Source: Paraspadella gotoi (lineage: Eukaryota > Animalia > Chaetognatha). Taken from it: a DNA stretch of 64,000 nt. Numbering within the stretch: position 1 is the first letter of the stretch; every line of letters begins with the position of its first letter. The notes below the pieces were generated by a model. The model searched no databases and was not told the DNA's origin. It worked only from the letters and a program-made list of their open reading frames with translations. The position numbers and the translations under genes were made by a program. The stretch spans positions 9,660,339-9,724,338 of the forward strand of contig CM119267.1 of the NCBI GenBank assembly GCA_051294375.1, given 5' to 3'. Of the stretch, positions 27,961-38,287 are shown in pieces.

Positions 27961-28699
27961 TTCTTCTTCCTTTTCCGTTACTCTGTTTTCTTTTTCTCTT
28001 TTAGTTCGGACAAAGGGTTGCCAGTTTAAACTAATTGTGAGGTGAAACTCTGAACGAGGAAGAAATGAAAAGTCAGACGAAACAGGTAAAAGGGAAAATG
28101 TTTTGTTTTGTTTTTTGTTTTTTGGAATTGGCGAAGGAGTTAAAGTCTTAAGCGTTGAATTTTTTTTTATCTATGAAATTGGTACAATCAATATAAAAAT
28201 TATCCATTCATTTAATAAATAAGCTATCTTGCCCCTGACTGCTTAATGGCCTCCATCACTCTTACAAGATAATGACATAATGACAATCAAGACTTTCTCA
28301 CAGTCTCAATTATTTACAACCAGAGTACCTGGCTTCCCTATCAATGAAGTGGTATAATATTTCAATTTTCAAAGAATGAATGAAAAGACCCTTCAATTAA
28401 GCATTAGATCGAGGAATACTATATTGCAGTCCGCCCAGCTTCAAAATACAAGGAGCTATATATTGAAAGAGATAAGAGGATATTAATATTCTTAACACCC
28501 GCTTTTGCTCTTAATTAAAAACGAGAAAAATGTTTTTTTAAGGACTCTTACAAAGTTATTGATTAGATTGGAACCTATTCTTCGTTTGAAGATAATGAAA
28601 AACACGGCCTCTGTTTTAATCAAACGTTAATGAGTTTTTTTGTTTTCGCTTTCTTTTTTTTAGCGGTCAACAAGTAAAAGCAGCGAAAGACCTCCCTCT

Positions 28700-28825
28700 G
28701 AAGAGAGAGAGAGAGAGGGCGATGAGGAGAGAGGAGAGGAGAGAGGAGAGAGAGGAGAGAGACGAGAGAGGGAGAGAGAAGAGAGAGAGGAGAGGAGAGA
28801 GAGGAGAGAAGAGAGAGAGGAGGAA
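28700..28825. repeat. GA-rich low-complexity tract (representative; similar GA/CT tracts at 11020-11090, 11500-11790, 12430-12520, 27700-27960, 29790-29817, 38890-39090, 39980-40080, 41986-42070)
   Basis: Nearly pure purine or pyrimidine runs of GA/GAG units. Confidence 0.9.
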
Positions 28826-29076
28826 AGAAATTTTTCTCGCACAAGAAAAATTTTGGGTGAGGAAAAAGATCAAGAGATGAATCGGTGTTTCACCACAAAT
28901 TTTCCCCAAAGGAAAAAGACGGTGAAAAAAGCCTTGAAGAAGAAGAGAGAGATGAGAGGAGAGAGACAGATGAGATGGAGAGACGAGAGAGAGAGAGAGA
29001 GAGACGAGAGAGGAGAGAGACGAGAGAGTTCCGCAAACTCATTCTTCCCTATTTCAACTCCCCCGACTTTCTCCAG

Positions 29077-29646
29077 ACCTCCGGCCAGAGGCCCGCTCCT
29101 CACCTCTCGCACGAGAGAGATCGAACTCGACTCGCCTCCTCAATTCGATCGTCGCACGGGTTTCGACGTCACGGAGATCACCACGATCCGTCAGCAGCCT
29201 CGCCGACTCGGCGACGCAGCTTTGAGGTCACCGAGTTGCCCGTTCGTCCGACCATTTCCCTCGCCCATCCCCGGTTGCCCTCCTTTTCTCGCCCGCCCCC
29301 TGCTTGTCGTTCCTTATCCCTCCCCCGCTCCCGGGTGCCGCCGCATCCGTCGCCGACCGGAAACGGGTTTCTCCGCGCTTCTCGAGGACATCGACCGGAG
29401 CCCGGCGAGCGAAAAGGACGCGAGCCGCGAGTGGGCGTGGCGGCGTCGGGTTTTGGAAAGGGCGTGGCCGAGGGCCGTGGAAAAAACTCCCGAACCCGAC
29501 GTCGTTCACGGAGGTCGAGATTCCCTCAAACTCAATCGAGCGGCGGGCGCGTTTACGGGCGGCGCGGCGGCGTCTGCAGGCGCGGAAACCGCGCAGACTC
29601 TAAGACCATTATGACGACGACGACGACGACGACACGACCACAATGA
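29077..29646 (+). CDS. Candidate terminal exon (GPCR C-terminal tail); reading frame ambiguous
   Basis: GC-rich island after acceptor ttctccag; two frames stay open (to 29614 and to 29646). It lies 2.5 kb downstream of the TM7 exon, whose donor is phase 0. Confidence 0.5.
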   Translation, partial: TSGQRPAPHLSHERDRTRLASSIRSSHGFRRHGDHHDPSAASPTRRRSFEVTELPVRPTISLAHPRLPSFSRPPPACRSLSLPRSRVPPHPSPTGNGFLRASRGHRPEPGERKGREPRVGVAASGFGKGVAEGRGKNSRTRRRSRRSRFPQTQSSGGRVYGRRGGVCRRGNRADSKTIMTTTTTTTRPQ

Positions 29647-29787
29647 CGTCAACGACTTTCACGACGAGGGGAAACCGACAAAAGACTCTAGTCGGGCGGA
29701 AAATTAAGTTATCGATTTAGATTTTGTGAATTTAAAAAATTTTAGGAAAAAAAAAAAAATTGTTGATGAAAAAGAGAAATATGACGT

Positions 29788-29820
<33 letters not shown>

Positions 29821-31804
29821 AAAAAGAGAGAGTTTAAAAATGAGTAAATGGAAATATTAAAGATTAAGACAGCAGAATAGCCTGGTCCTGACGCGCAGAA
29901 AGCAAGGGATCGGCGTCGGTGCGCTGAGGCAGACGCGGCGGCGTTGCGGCGGCCTCAGAGAGAAATATCCTTTCAGTGTTTTTGTGAAAAACTAGACAGC
30001 AAAGTCGAAAACAAAGTCAGTTTGAAAAAAAATGATTACATAGACTACATAAAATTTATATCTGTTCGTACTTGTAGTCGTAATTTTTTTATGATTTCGA
30101 ATCAATAACAAATGACCGAATATAAAAAAAACAACCTTAATTTCCCGCCATTAAACTTCGAACCGTAATTACTTCTTCCGTTAAATTTTGAAAAAGAAAG
30201 AGAATTCATTTCTGGCGAATCTCTCGACGGCGAAGACGATAGGACGACTTCGCCGTCGCCACATTTTATTTTCGTCGTACTCGAGACGAATTACTTATTT
30301 CTCGTTACCAACGTAGCGAGAATTAATGATTTTTCATTCTTCTGGCTGTCGAACTGTCGGTTATGTCGTTATGTCGATCATGTTTTGTTTCATTGTCTTT
30401 TAATTCTTTTTTTTTTTTTTTAAATTAAACAAGAATTATTTTCCTTTCATTTCTCCGGTTGTTTCAAGACTTCCATCTCGCCCGATTGGCTTCCCTTGAG
30501 AACTTTTTTTTTTCATTCCCACGTTTTCCACTAGACGGATTAATTCTATCATCGCTTTTGTCATTGGTTTTTATCATCGGTTATATCGTACGTTTATTGT
30601 TCGAAACCTGAGACTCAACGCTTCAATTTCCTACAGTCGAATCTGTGTTGATGAAATTTTTTTTTTCTAAAAAAAAAAATATTCCATGTTACAAAAAAAA
30701 ATGCTCCGACTTCATGTAAAATGTTTTTTTTTATGTAATTACTGAAAAGGCTTCCAAATAGTTTTTTTTTAATACACAAACATACAATACAAACACAAAC
30801 CCACACACACGTGCGCGTTTTATGTTACATCCCTATCGAGAGTATATTTAAAATTATCATTACGTTGTTTCATTCTTCAATCATTGTTTTATTAAAGCAC
30901 ATTTTTTCTCTACCCGCGATAGAAAATCATAATCGAGGATATTAGTTTCTACTTTAGATAAATAAACTTACATTTCTTAAGTGCGAGCCAATTTGTTCGT
31001 GATTTTTTTTTTCTTTTTTAATGTACAAGGTTAAGTAGCACCTCGGCTTTTTTTTCTGAAGCAGATTCAAACCGATTTCTACATAAATGAAGAAATGAGA
31101 CCACATTATAAGCATAAAGTTGAAAAAAGAGTTACACATGAAAAGAGAAAAGAAAAAGAAAAAAAAATGCCTCTAAACCGAAGATGAAAGATCTCCCAAA
31201 GTGCTTTAACTTTTAAAGAATCTCTTATCAGATTAGTTCAAAATTTCAAATTCAATTCAATCTCGTTTGGCGAGCTTACAAATTCACCAATCTTTTTTTT
31301 TGGGGGGGCCTTTCTACTTTGAATGTATATCCATATAGAATTATAAATGATATATTTCTATATAAAAGAAATAAAATGAAACGAAATCAGAGGAAAAAAA
31401 GTTACGTATAGCCCACTAGTCAGTCATAAGTAGTTTAATGATTTCACGAATAAATTACGTAATAATTTACAGTTGAGAACCTTTTTGATGTAGAGATATG
31501 TATCACCGGATTTGAGGAAAAAAATTTAAAAAAACCCTCATTTGATCGTAAAAGACGCGCAGGTGTGGGATTTCCGTCTCGATAACACCGTCGCAACTTC
31601 AAAAGACCAAATCCAATCACGTTTTTTTTTCTTTCCGCCGAAATTCTCATTTCTCCAACGAACAGTTTTAAGATCGTCGGTAGAGTACAGAGTACACAGC
31701 GCGGCACTATTTTCCGAAAACGTTCGTGGCTAGCCTAATCTCTGAATTTAATTTTATCATTATTAAATAACCTTAATCTTTATAAAAATGTTTAATCCAA
31801 TCTC

Positions 31805-31945
31805 TTTATCCTAATCCCTAATTCTAATCCCTAATCCATAACCCTAATTCCTAACTTTTTTTCTTAATTCATCTTTAATAAAAATTCTAACCGTATCCTT
31901 TACCAAATCTCTCACCCAAATTCCTAACTATTTCCTTAATCTATT
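31805..31945 (+). repeat. Degenerate CCCTAA-like hexamer tract (interstitial telomere-like)
   Basis: cctaat ccctaa ttctaa tccctaa tccataa ccctaa ttcctaa at 31810-31855, decaying downstream. Confidence 0.55.
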
Positions 31946-32291
31946 CTCTCCATGTCTCTTTTTTAATCTTTTAAACAAAACAACAAAACCTTAATTCTAA
32001 ATTTGGGATGAAATGGGGCGTTTTGTCTTTTTCGGAAAAGAAGGCCGACTGTGGAAAAAAAATTCCTATATTTCTCTTGACAAAATCTCGTTATCAGGTC
32101 TTAACCAATTATATGAAGTAGTGTTAACTGATAAACCAAAAGGCAGAGTGAATCTGTGAGTATGAAAAAGGAATAAATGACGAAAGATCTCGTACATTTG
32201 TGTAGCTAAAATATATTTCTATGAATGTATGATGTAGTCATTAATCGTTTAATCGTTTTTCATTTCAAATTTTGGTTTATGAAGCTTATTT

Positions 32292-32683
32292 TCATTTTTT
32301 TTCCTTTTTGACCATCCGCCATTTTAGCTCGGAAGGCGTGGCTTTGGCGTTTTTCGCCGCCGCCATCGCCGCTTCTCTCTCCTCGGCTGCTCGAACCACC
32401 GGCGTATTCCCGGCGTAGAGGGTCTGCACGAGGCGGCGTTGCTCGAGGATGTCGATCTGACGATTGGCTCGAACGATCTCGTCGTAGCGCGGGTCGACCC
32501 CGCCGCAGGGGCAGTCGGGGACGAGGCGCCATGGAGCGTAGCAGCAGGGCGGAGGAGCGTCGGAGCAGGACGGAGGAGGGTCGCAGCATCGCGGAGGAGG
32601 GTCGCAGCAGGGTGGAAGAGGGTCGCAGCAGGGCGCAAGGGTGTCGCGGCAGAACGGAGGGGCGTCGCGGAAGTTCACGAATT
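32292..32683 (-). CDS. Cys/Pro-rich protein, terminal exon with CCDPPP-type heptad repeats
   Basis: Branch-like cctaac then ccccaag| acceptor, phase 1 (a+aa=K); KFVNFRDAPPFCRDTLAPCCDPLPPCCDPPPRCCDPPPSCSDAPPPCCYAPWRLVPDCPCGGVDPRYDEIVRANRQIDILEQRRLV...KKEKK*; GC-rich island with 21-bp periodicity. Confidence 0.8.
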
Positions 32684-32872
32684 CTTGGGGGTTAGGTCAA
32701 AGATTGGTGGGTATTTGACGTGACGTCTTAATCACCGAATGAAAAGATATTATCGACATAGAAACAACAATAACAACAACAACAACAACCGCCACAAGGT
32801 AGACGGCAACGAAAACATCCGCCAAAAACCGAACCGCAGCGAGATCAACCTGAACCAGAACGAAAAACTCAC

Positions 32873-33050
32873 TCGGCGTCCGATTGCTTTCTACGCTATG
32901 ACAGGATGTGTCAGTCCAAGTTTTGTTCGTGCAGCTGCAATTGTAATCGTCGTCGCATCCGCTGATTCGGTGACAGGAGCCAAAGCTTTTGTCGTCGTAG
33001 TAACAATTGTTGTTCTTATTTCTGTCACGGGCATATTTTTTGTGAGACAT
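32873..33050 (-). CDS. Cys/Pro-rich protein, coding exon 1
   Basis: ATG at 33050: MSHKKYARDRNKNNNCYYDDKSFGSCHRISGCDDDYNCSCTNKTWTDTSCHSVESNRTP, donor ccga|gtgagt (phase 1). An upstream acceptor ttcacag at ~33088 is in open frame, so the gene may begin further 5'. Confidence 0.65.
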
Positions 33051-34688
33051 GCCGCTCTCGTGCCGTTCCAAAAAAAAAATACAAATCCTGTGAACGGTAA
33101 ATGTCGAAAATAATCGTTCCGATTTAATTTTGGAGTTCGACGTTCAGTAAACGGAATGAAATAATATTTAGGCGCCTTGGTCCTTTGCTCTAATTAAATT
33201 ATAACCCTTCCATGTCCATTGTTCATGTCCATTGTCCAGTAGAGAAACTATTGCCTTATTCCCCGTATTCAATTTACTCACCGAGCCTGACCATACTTAA
33301 GCAGTGAACACTACACAGTAAACACCCTTTTCGCTTTTTCTTCGGCGCCGGAATTCTTTCCGTTTTTCCGGCCAAAACTTCTCACGGTGATTTGCTTCAC
33401 AAAAGCTTCTTCTCCTCGGAAAACGGCTGACGCTTTTCCTCGACCGTGCGCACAGTCGCTCCTGAGTTTTCTAAATTAAGAATTATTTATTACAAATCCT
33501 TTGAAAACGCTTCGCGATACAATTGTATTTAAATCTATTTCATTTTATTCGTATATAAATTTACAAACAAATAATGTTTGAAAGACTTTAAATCGTGGTA
33601 TGCGCTCGCTAGGGAGTCTAAACCTTTCTCCGACTCTTTCTCTGTTTTTGCACATTTTTCTCACAGCGGTTAGAGAGTCGAACGTTTCCCAAAGAAAGTG
33701 AACGCTGTTTTCATCGTAAAAGATATATTAGTATACATATTACATAATATATCTTTCTTTTTTCAATATTACTTTCTTAGGTAATAAAACTTGGTTCTTA
33801 CGTCGCACAAATCGTGGGCCAAAAAAACCTTCGGCTTCGCTCAAACTTTTCACGTCTTTTTCGGTCGGTTAATCCTGAGTGATGAATTTCTTCTGCGAAA
33901 CGCTCATCAATCCGAGGATTTCGATTGCTTTCCTTCTCCTTCCTTACTTTATTCCCCAACCGCGATTTTCCTTTCGCGCTACTCTACTTTTTTTCTTTTA
34001 GTTTTTCTTTATTTTCTTTTTTTTTTATACTTTCTTTTAATGACTTCTCTTCCATAGTTTATTTCGGTATATATTATAAAAGCAATCTTGAAAATATTTT
34101 TTTCACGCGGTTCAAGCTAATCGCCACACATGGGGGTAGTAAAACTTACAATCCCAGGGTTCAAGGCCAGAAAAACATAGGCAAAAAGACTGAAATTGTG
34201 AAAAATCGTTTGGGTCGCCTTGTCGCCAAAGCCTAAGGTTTGAAATTACTTGGAACACGTGGTTAGAGGTGATATGAGGAGAAAGCGTAAGTGTAACAAA
34301 GCTTTTTTCTCTTCCCTTCTCTTCACATCGTCTTTTTAAATTTTTTGAAAATTTAGTTATTCCCTAGAGCTATAACAGTTCTTTTTTTTTTAATCATACG
34401 TGACATCCCTTTTTCTCTCTCCGGTGAGAGCATCACAATGATAACACATGAATAGGTCTGCAAACAAAGAAAGGATCGGTGAAAAATGTTTGTTGTTGAA
34501 CTGATAGTACGCGCTCACTCATCCGCCGATATTGATCAACTTTTTGAGCCTTAACAGCTTGGCTAATCAACACTTTCAAGTCGTTTATATTGTCAATTTA
34601 TATTTCGAAAGGAAAAGGTAGTAAATTTCGAGGCGCTGAATATTGAGAATTGAAAACTTATTCGTCCAAGTAAAGAGAAAAAAACTTA

Positions 34689-35259
34689 CACTGCGGCGCA
34701 AAAAAAAGTAGCTACTTGTTAGCTTTAAACCCCCACTATTTTTTTTTAATTTAAAAAAATATTTATGAAAAGTATAGCTTTTTTAAAAAGCTATCGATTG
34801 GTATAAGAAAAGAATTAATTGATTCAGGCAGCAGAATCCAGCAATACATTAAAGTCAGAGTCTGAAAACGGAAATAAAAAAAATTATTTTTGGAGGTTAA
34901 GTTGATGATACTTTTTTTTTGACTGATGATAAAAGATTTTTTTCTATATAGTTTTCTTATATAATTTAATTTGATTTAGGTCAAAAATGGTTGATACCTA
35001 TCCTTTCAGATATTCTATGCTAAATTTGTTCAGCCAATTTCATATTATAAACATTTTATAATAAGGAAAAGTCATTAACTCTTGTTAAATAAAATTTTTC
35101 GTACCAATCGAACGCTTTGCTCGATTTTAATGGGACTTGGACCAATTGCTTCATCCTTCAATAAGCTTTGTTTTATGTTTCTATATCTTTGTAAAATTCA
35201 GTCATCCAATACGGTTTTTTCGATGTGAAAAAGTCGCTACTTTTTTTTGCGCCGCAGTG
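34689..35259. mobile_element. Tc1/mariner-type MITE, 571 bp
   Basis: Perfect 24-bp TIRs CACTGCGGCGCAAAAAAAAGTAGC / GCTACTTTTTTTTGCGCCGCAGTG, flanked by TA at 34687-34688 and 35260-35261; AT-rich non-coding interior. Confidence 0.9.
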
Positions 35260-36618
35260 TACTATTAACGTGACTCGGCTAAGTTTTATAAAAAGTTTAA
35301 CGGAAGGTTCTTAATTTTTTTTAAATTTTTTACCCTCAGTCCATGAGGAACGCTCAAGCCTGAGTGAATGGAATGAAAGAGATATAAAAAAATTTATGAT
35401 TCTATGAAAGCCGCCGCTACTTGTTTGAAAGCGAGTCAATGGTACTTTCAATGCTGTTGAATTAACCGTTGCTTCTAGTATCAATTGATGGAGTTAAACA
35501 GAAAACCGAAGTTCTAATAGAAAAAATTAAATCCGATAAATAAAACTAACTAAATCGTTTGAAACAAGACTGGAAACAAAAGTCGAAAACAATTAATGAT
35601 AAAGGATCGAATGAAAAATTAGTTAACCATTGTAGCTCTTAAAAATAAAGTTCACTAAAGAGAAGAATATTACCTCAATGAATGCTTGAGGCAGGATCCT
35701 TAGACGAATCAATGGCATTTGTTTCCATAGAATTTGATATGGTAGAGAGCGACATCTCATTTCGATTCACAAGTCACAATATTAATTTAAAGCAAATGTA
35801 CAACTAACTTAACTCGTTAGGTTAATTATTCAGTTAGCTATTAGTTAATAGTTACGTTTAAAATAAAATTTTTAAATAATTTTTAAGCCCTTGTCATTTG
35901 TCGCGGACAATGTATGGAGAATACGTAAGCTCTCAAGTTTTTTTCATATTTACTAGCCTTGATTCATCTTGAATTATTAAGTAAAACAAGAAAAACAAGT
36001 TTCAACCTAATGATTTAACTAATAATGTTCAACGCTGGCGAAGAAAGAAAAGCGATGCCGATGCCAGATTTCGGCCCAAGTGGGGGGGCGTCGCGAAAAT
36101 CTTTAATCGCAAATGGCGCGCCTCGACTTTTATCGCGCTCAACCGTGAATCTCGATCCGGACTGAAAATCCGTAACCCGATTTCCATTCCATTAGGGTAT
36201 CTGGGGTCGCCCCTTCCTGGAACCAGATTCTGAAAAAAAAGTCGAATCTCCGACCCTTGCTTCTTGGAAGGGGTGGGAACATGAATGATATTGGTGGGTC
36301 GCTCTTTTTGTGATTCCATGCGTACCTTTGGACTTTTTGAATTTGTATTTATAATAGATTATATGTTTATACCTTTTTCTATTAAAACACACCAAGTAAT
36401 AAAAAATTAGAAGTAAAAGGCATCAAAAAATCTTACTTACTACAAGACCAAACTCAAGTAAGTAATCCAAGCCAAAAAAAAGTTCATTAGTATGTTTATG
36501 TATTTGATTGTTTATCAGGAAATTGTTTGTTACTGATTGTTATTTAAGACTAAAGCTCTGCCACCATCATATTCTGAGAATTGCCTCCGATTCGCTGATG
36601 AGCTATTCCGAATCTCAT

Positions 36619-38287
36619 CTACCCCAGTTGTCCTTCCAACAGACTTGTGAAGACCTTTTCCACATTGGCCGCATAAACTGAGACCTGCTCCTCGGAAAGA
36701 ACGTCTTTCCTCAAAATGATCGACAAATCGATTTTTCTCCGCGTCCGTGTGAAGGTTATTAATGAGACAGTACCTTTCGCCGAGGATGGAAGCGCACTGC
36801 ACGACTGTCTGTGATCTCAAAGTCACGTTCCTCAAACCACTTTTGGAGATGCGCCAACATTTCAACCAAGTATCGTCTTCAATATTCTTCCTGTCGAATT
36901 GCTTGCCCGCTCGATCGAATCAGATTCTTGCGCCTATTTATCAGGGCTCTTCAGAAAGAGATGGTGAAACATGCATAATTTGTCTTCGATAGGTTTTCAA
37001 GATTTCATCTCGTGAACGGCGTCGCTGATCGATTTTGGCCGATGACCGAAGATGCGTGCGTTCGAGGTCTTCAATATTGGAGGACACGGATCGGGGTAAC
37101 AGTTCTGTGCAGTAAGCGTATAAGCCAAAGGCTTTAGTCGGATTTCAAATTGCATGTTCACGGTGTACTTCTGAGTAGGATTCTGAGAAAAGGAGAAAAA
37201 ATAAAGGACGACAACAGTGACGTGCCAATGAGACGAGCACAGTTTCACCAGCTATACAGGAGGCGAATTTAGGATTTTAGCGTTTTTTAATAATTGTTAT
37301 ACATAACATAGATCTTCGTTTATTATTTCTATAGTAAAAAAAAAATCAAACCGTTTAAGTCCCAAAATTTCTGGAAGAACGATATCAGCTGATTTCAGGT
37401 CTCGCAAAGTACGAATGCAATGCCAGATCTATCAATGCCAACGTGGTTCCATGCAACTTACATTTCTGTTCCCTGCAAAGGCTGAGCAACTTGTCCAACT
37501 TTTTCAACTCAAAGCGTATCGACTCTAACTTTGGGAGGAGTCAAAGAGCCAAGAGAGTAGGCGCTTCAACGAAGCTAGCAAAGCAGTTGGCCGAGGGCCT
37601 AGGCTTTGGTGCATCCGCAACCACTGGGCTGAGGCTCAACCAAGTCGCCCAAAAGGTCGACGTAAGTGGGCGGCAATTCGCGTTGTAACGACGTCGCTGG
37701 GATGTTAGATCCGCTGCGTGAACAGAGCGTGAGCTCGCTCATCAATTGATCCCTAAACATTTTGATGGATTGACCATCGGATATCCCATGGTGGAAGGTA
37801 TAGACCAAAGTCTGTTTGTCGTCTGTTTGATCGTTTGTTATCTATTTCCTCCTACAGTTATCGTGANNNNNNNNNNNNNNNNNNNNNNNNNNNNNNNNNN
37901 NNNNNNNNNNNNNNNNNNNNNNNNNNNNNNNNNNNNNNNNNNNNNNNNNNNNNNNNNNNNNNNNNNATCTTATTAATAAATGCCTGCTTTCAAATATTGA
38001 GTACTCCAAGTCACCCTTGCGCTCTTCTATTACGATACCGTGAGTAATATTGCCAAGCCATTAATAAGAGGTTTGCAACCCTCGCATAATAAGCCTGGAA
38101 GCATTTTACCTACTTGTATATTATATGTACTACATTTCAAAAATTAAAATAAAAACTAAAAAAAAAAAGAACAAGCATCCTTACCTCGAATGCTTCCGTT
38201 TCACACCGTTTCTGTTTATTACGTTTTGACATTTTCTCTCTCTGAGTGAAAAGCGGATCGCCACCATTGTCAGATCCTGTCCCATGC
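36619..38287 (-). pseudogene. Disrupted HHxxxDG CoA-dependent acyltransferase (alcohol acetyltransferase / condensation-domain-like)
   Basis: LVYTFHHGISDGQSIKMFRDQLMSEL (HHGISDG at 37773-37793), then LPPTYVDLL, LDKLLSLCREQKCKLHGTTLALIDLAL, an exon from 37182 with YTVNM, ILG*NVG and C-terminal IDLSIILRKDVLSEEQVSVYAANVEKVFTSLL ending at tag 36619-36621; several in-frame stops and frameshifts; 100-N gap inside; candidate upstream exon 38185-38287. Confidence 0.7.

Noticed and set aside
28005-28085. Candidate extra GPCR exon (ttttag ... aacag|gtaaaa)
   Set aside because: Phase-0 reading stops after FGQRVASLN and other frames also stop; cannot be supported as an internal coding exon.
32540-32670. 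21-bp periodic repeats as CRISPR-like array
   Set aside because: No spacers; it is the coding heptad repeat of a spliced eukaryotic gene.
36619-37560. Repeated in-frame TGA as possible selenocysteine or genetic-code reassignment
   Set aside because: TAG stops and frameshifts also occur, and other genes here end in TGA; ordinary decay or error is sufficient.
37599-37866. NRPS biosynthetic gene cluster
   Set aside because: Only one HHxxxDG domain; no adenylation or carrier-domain motifs seen nearby.
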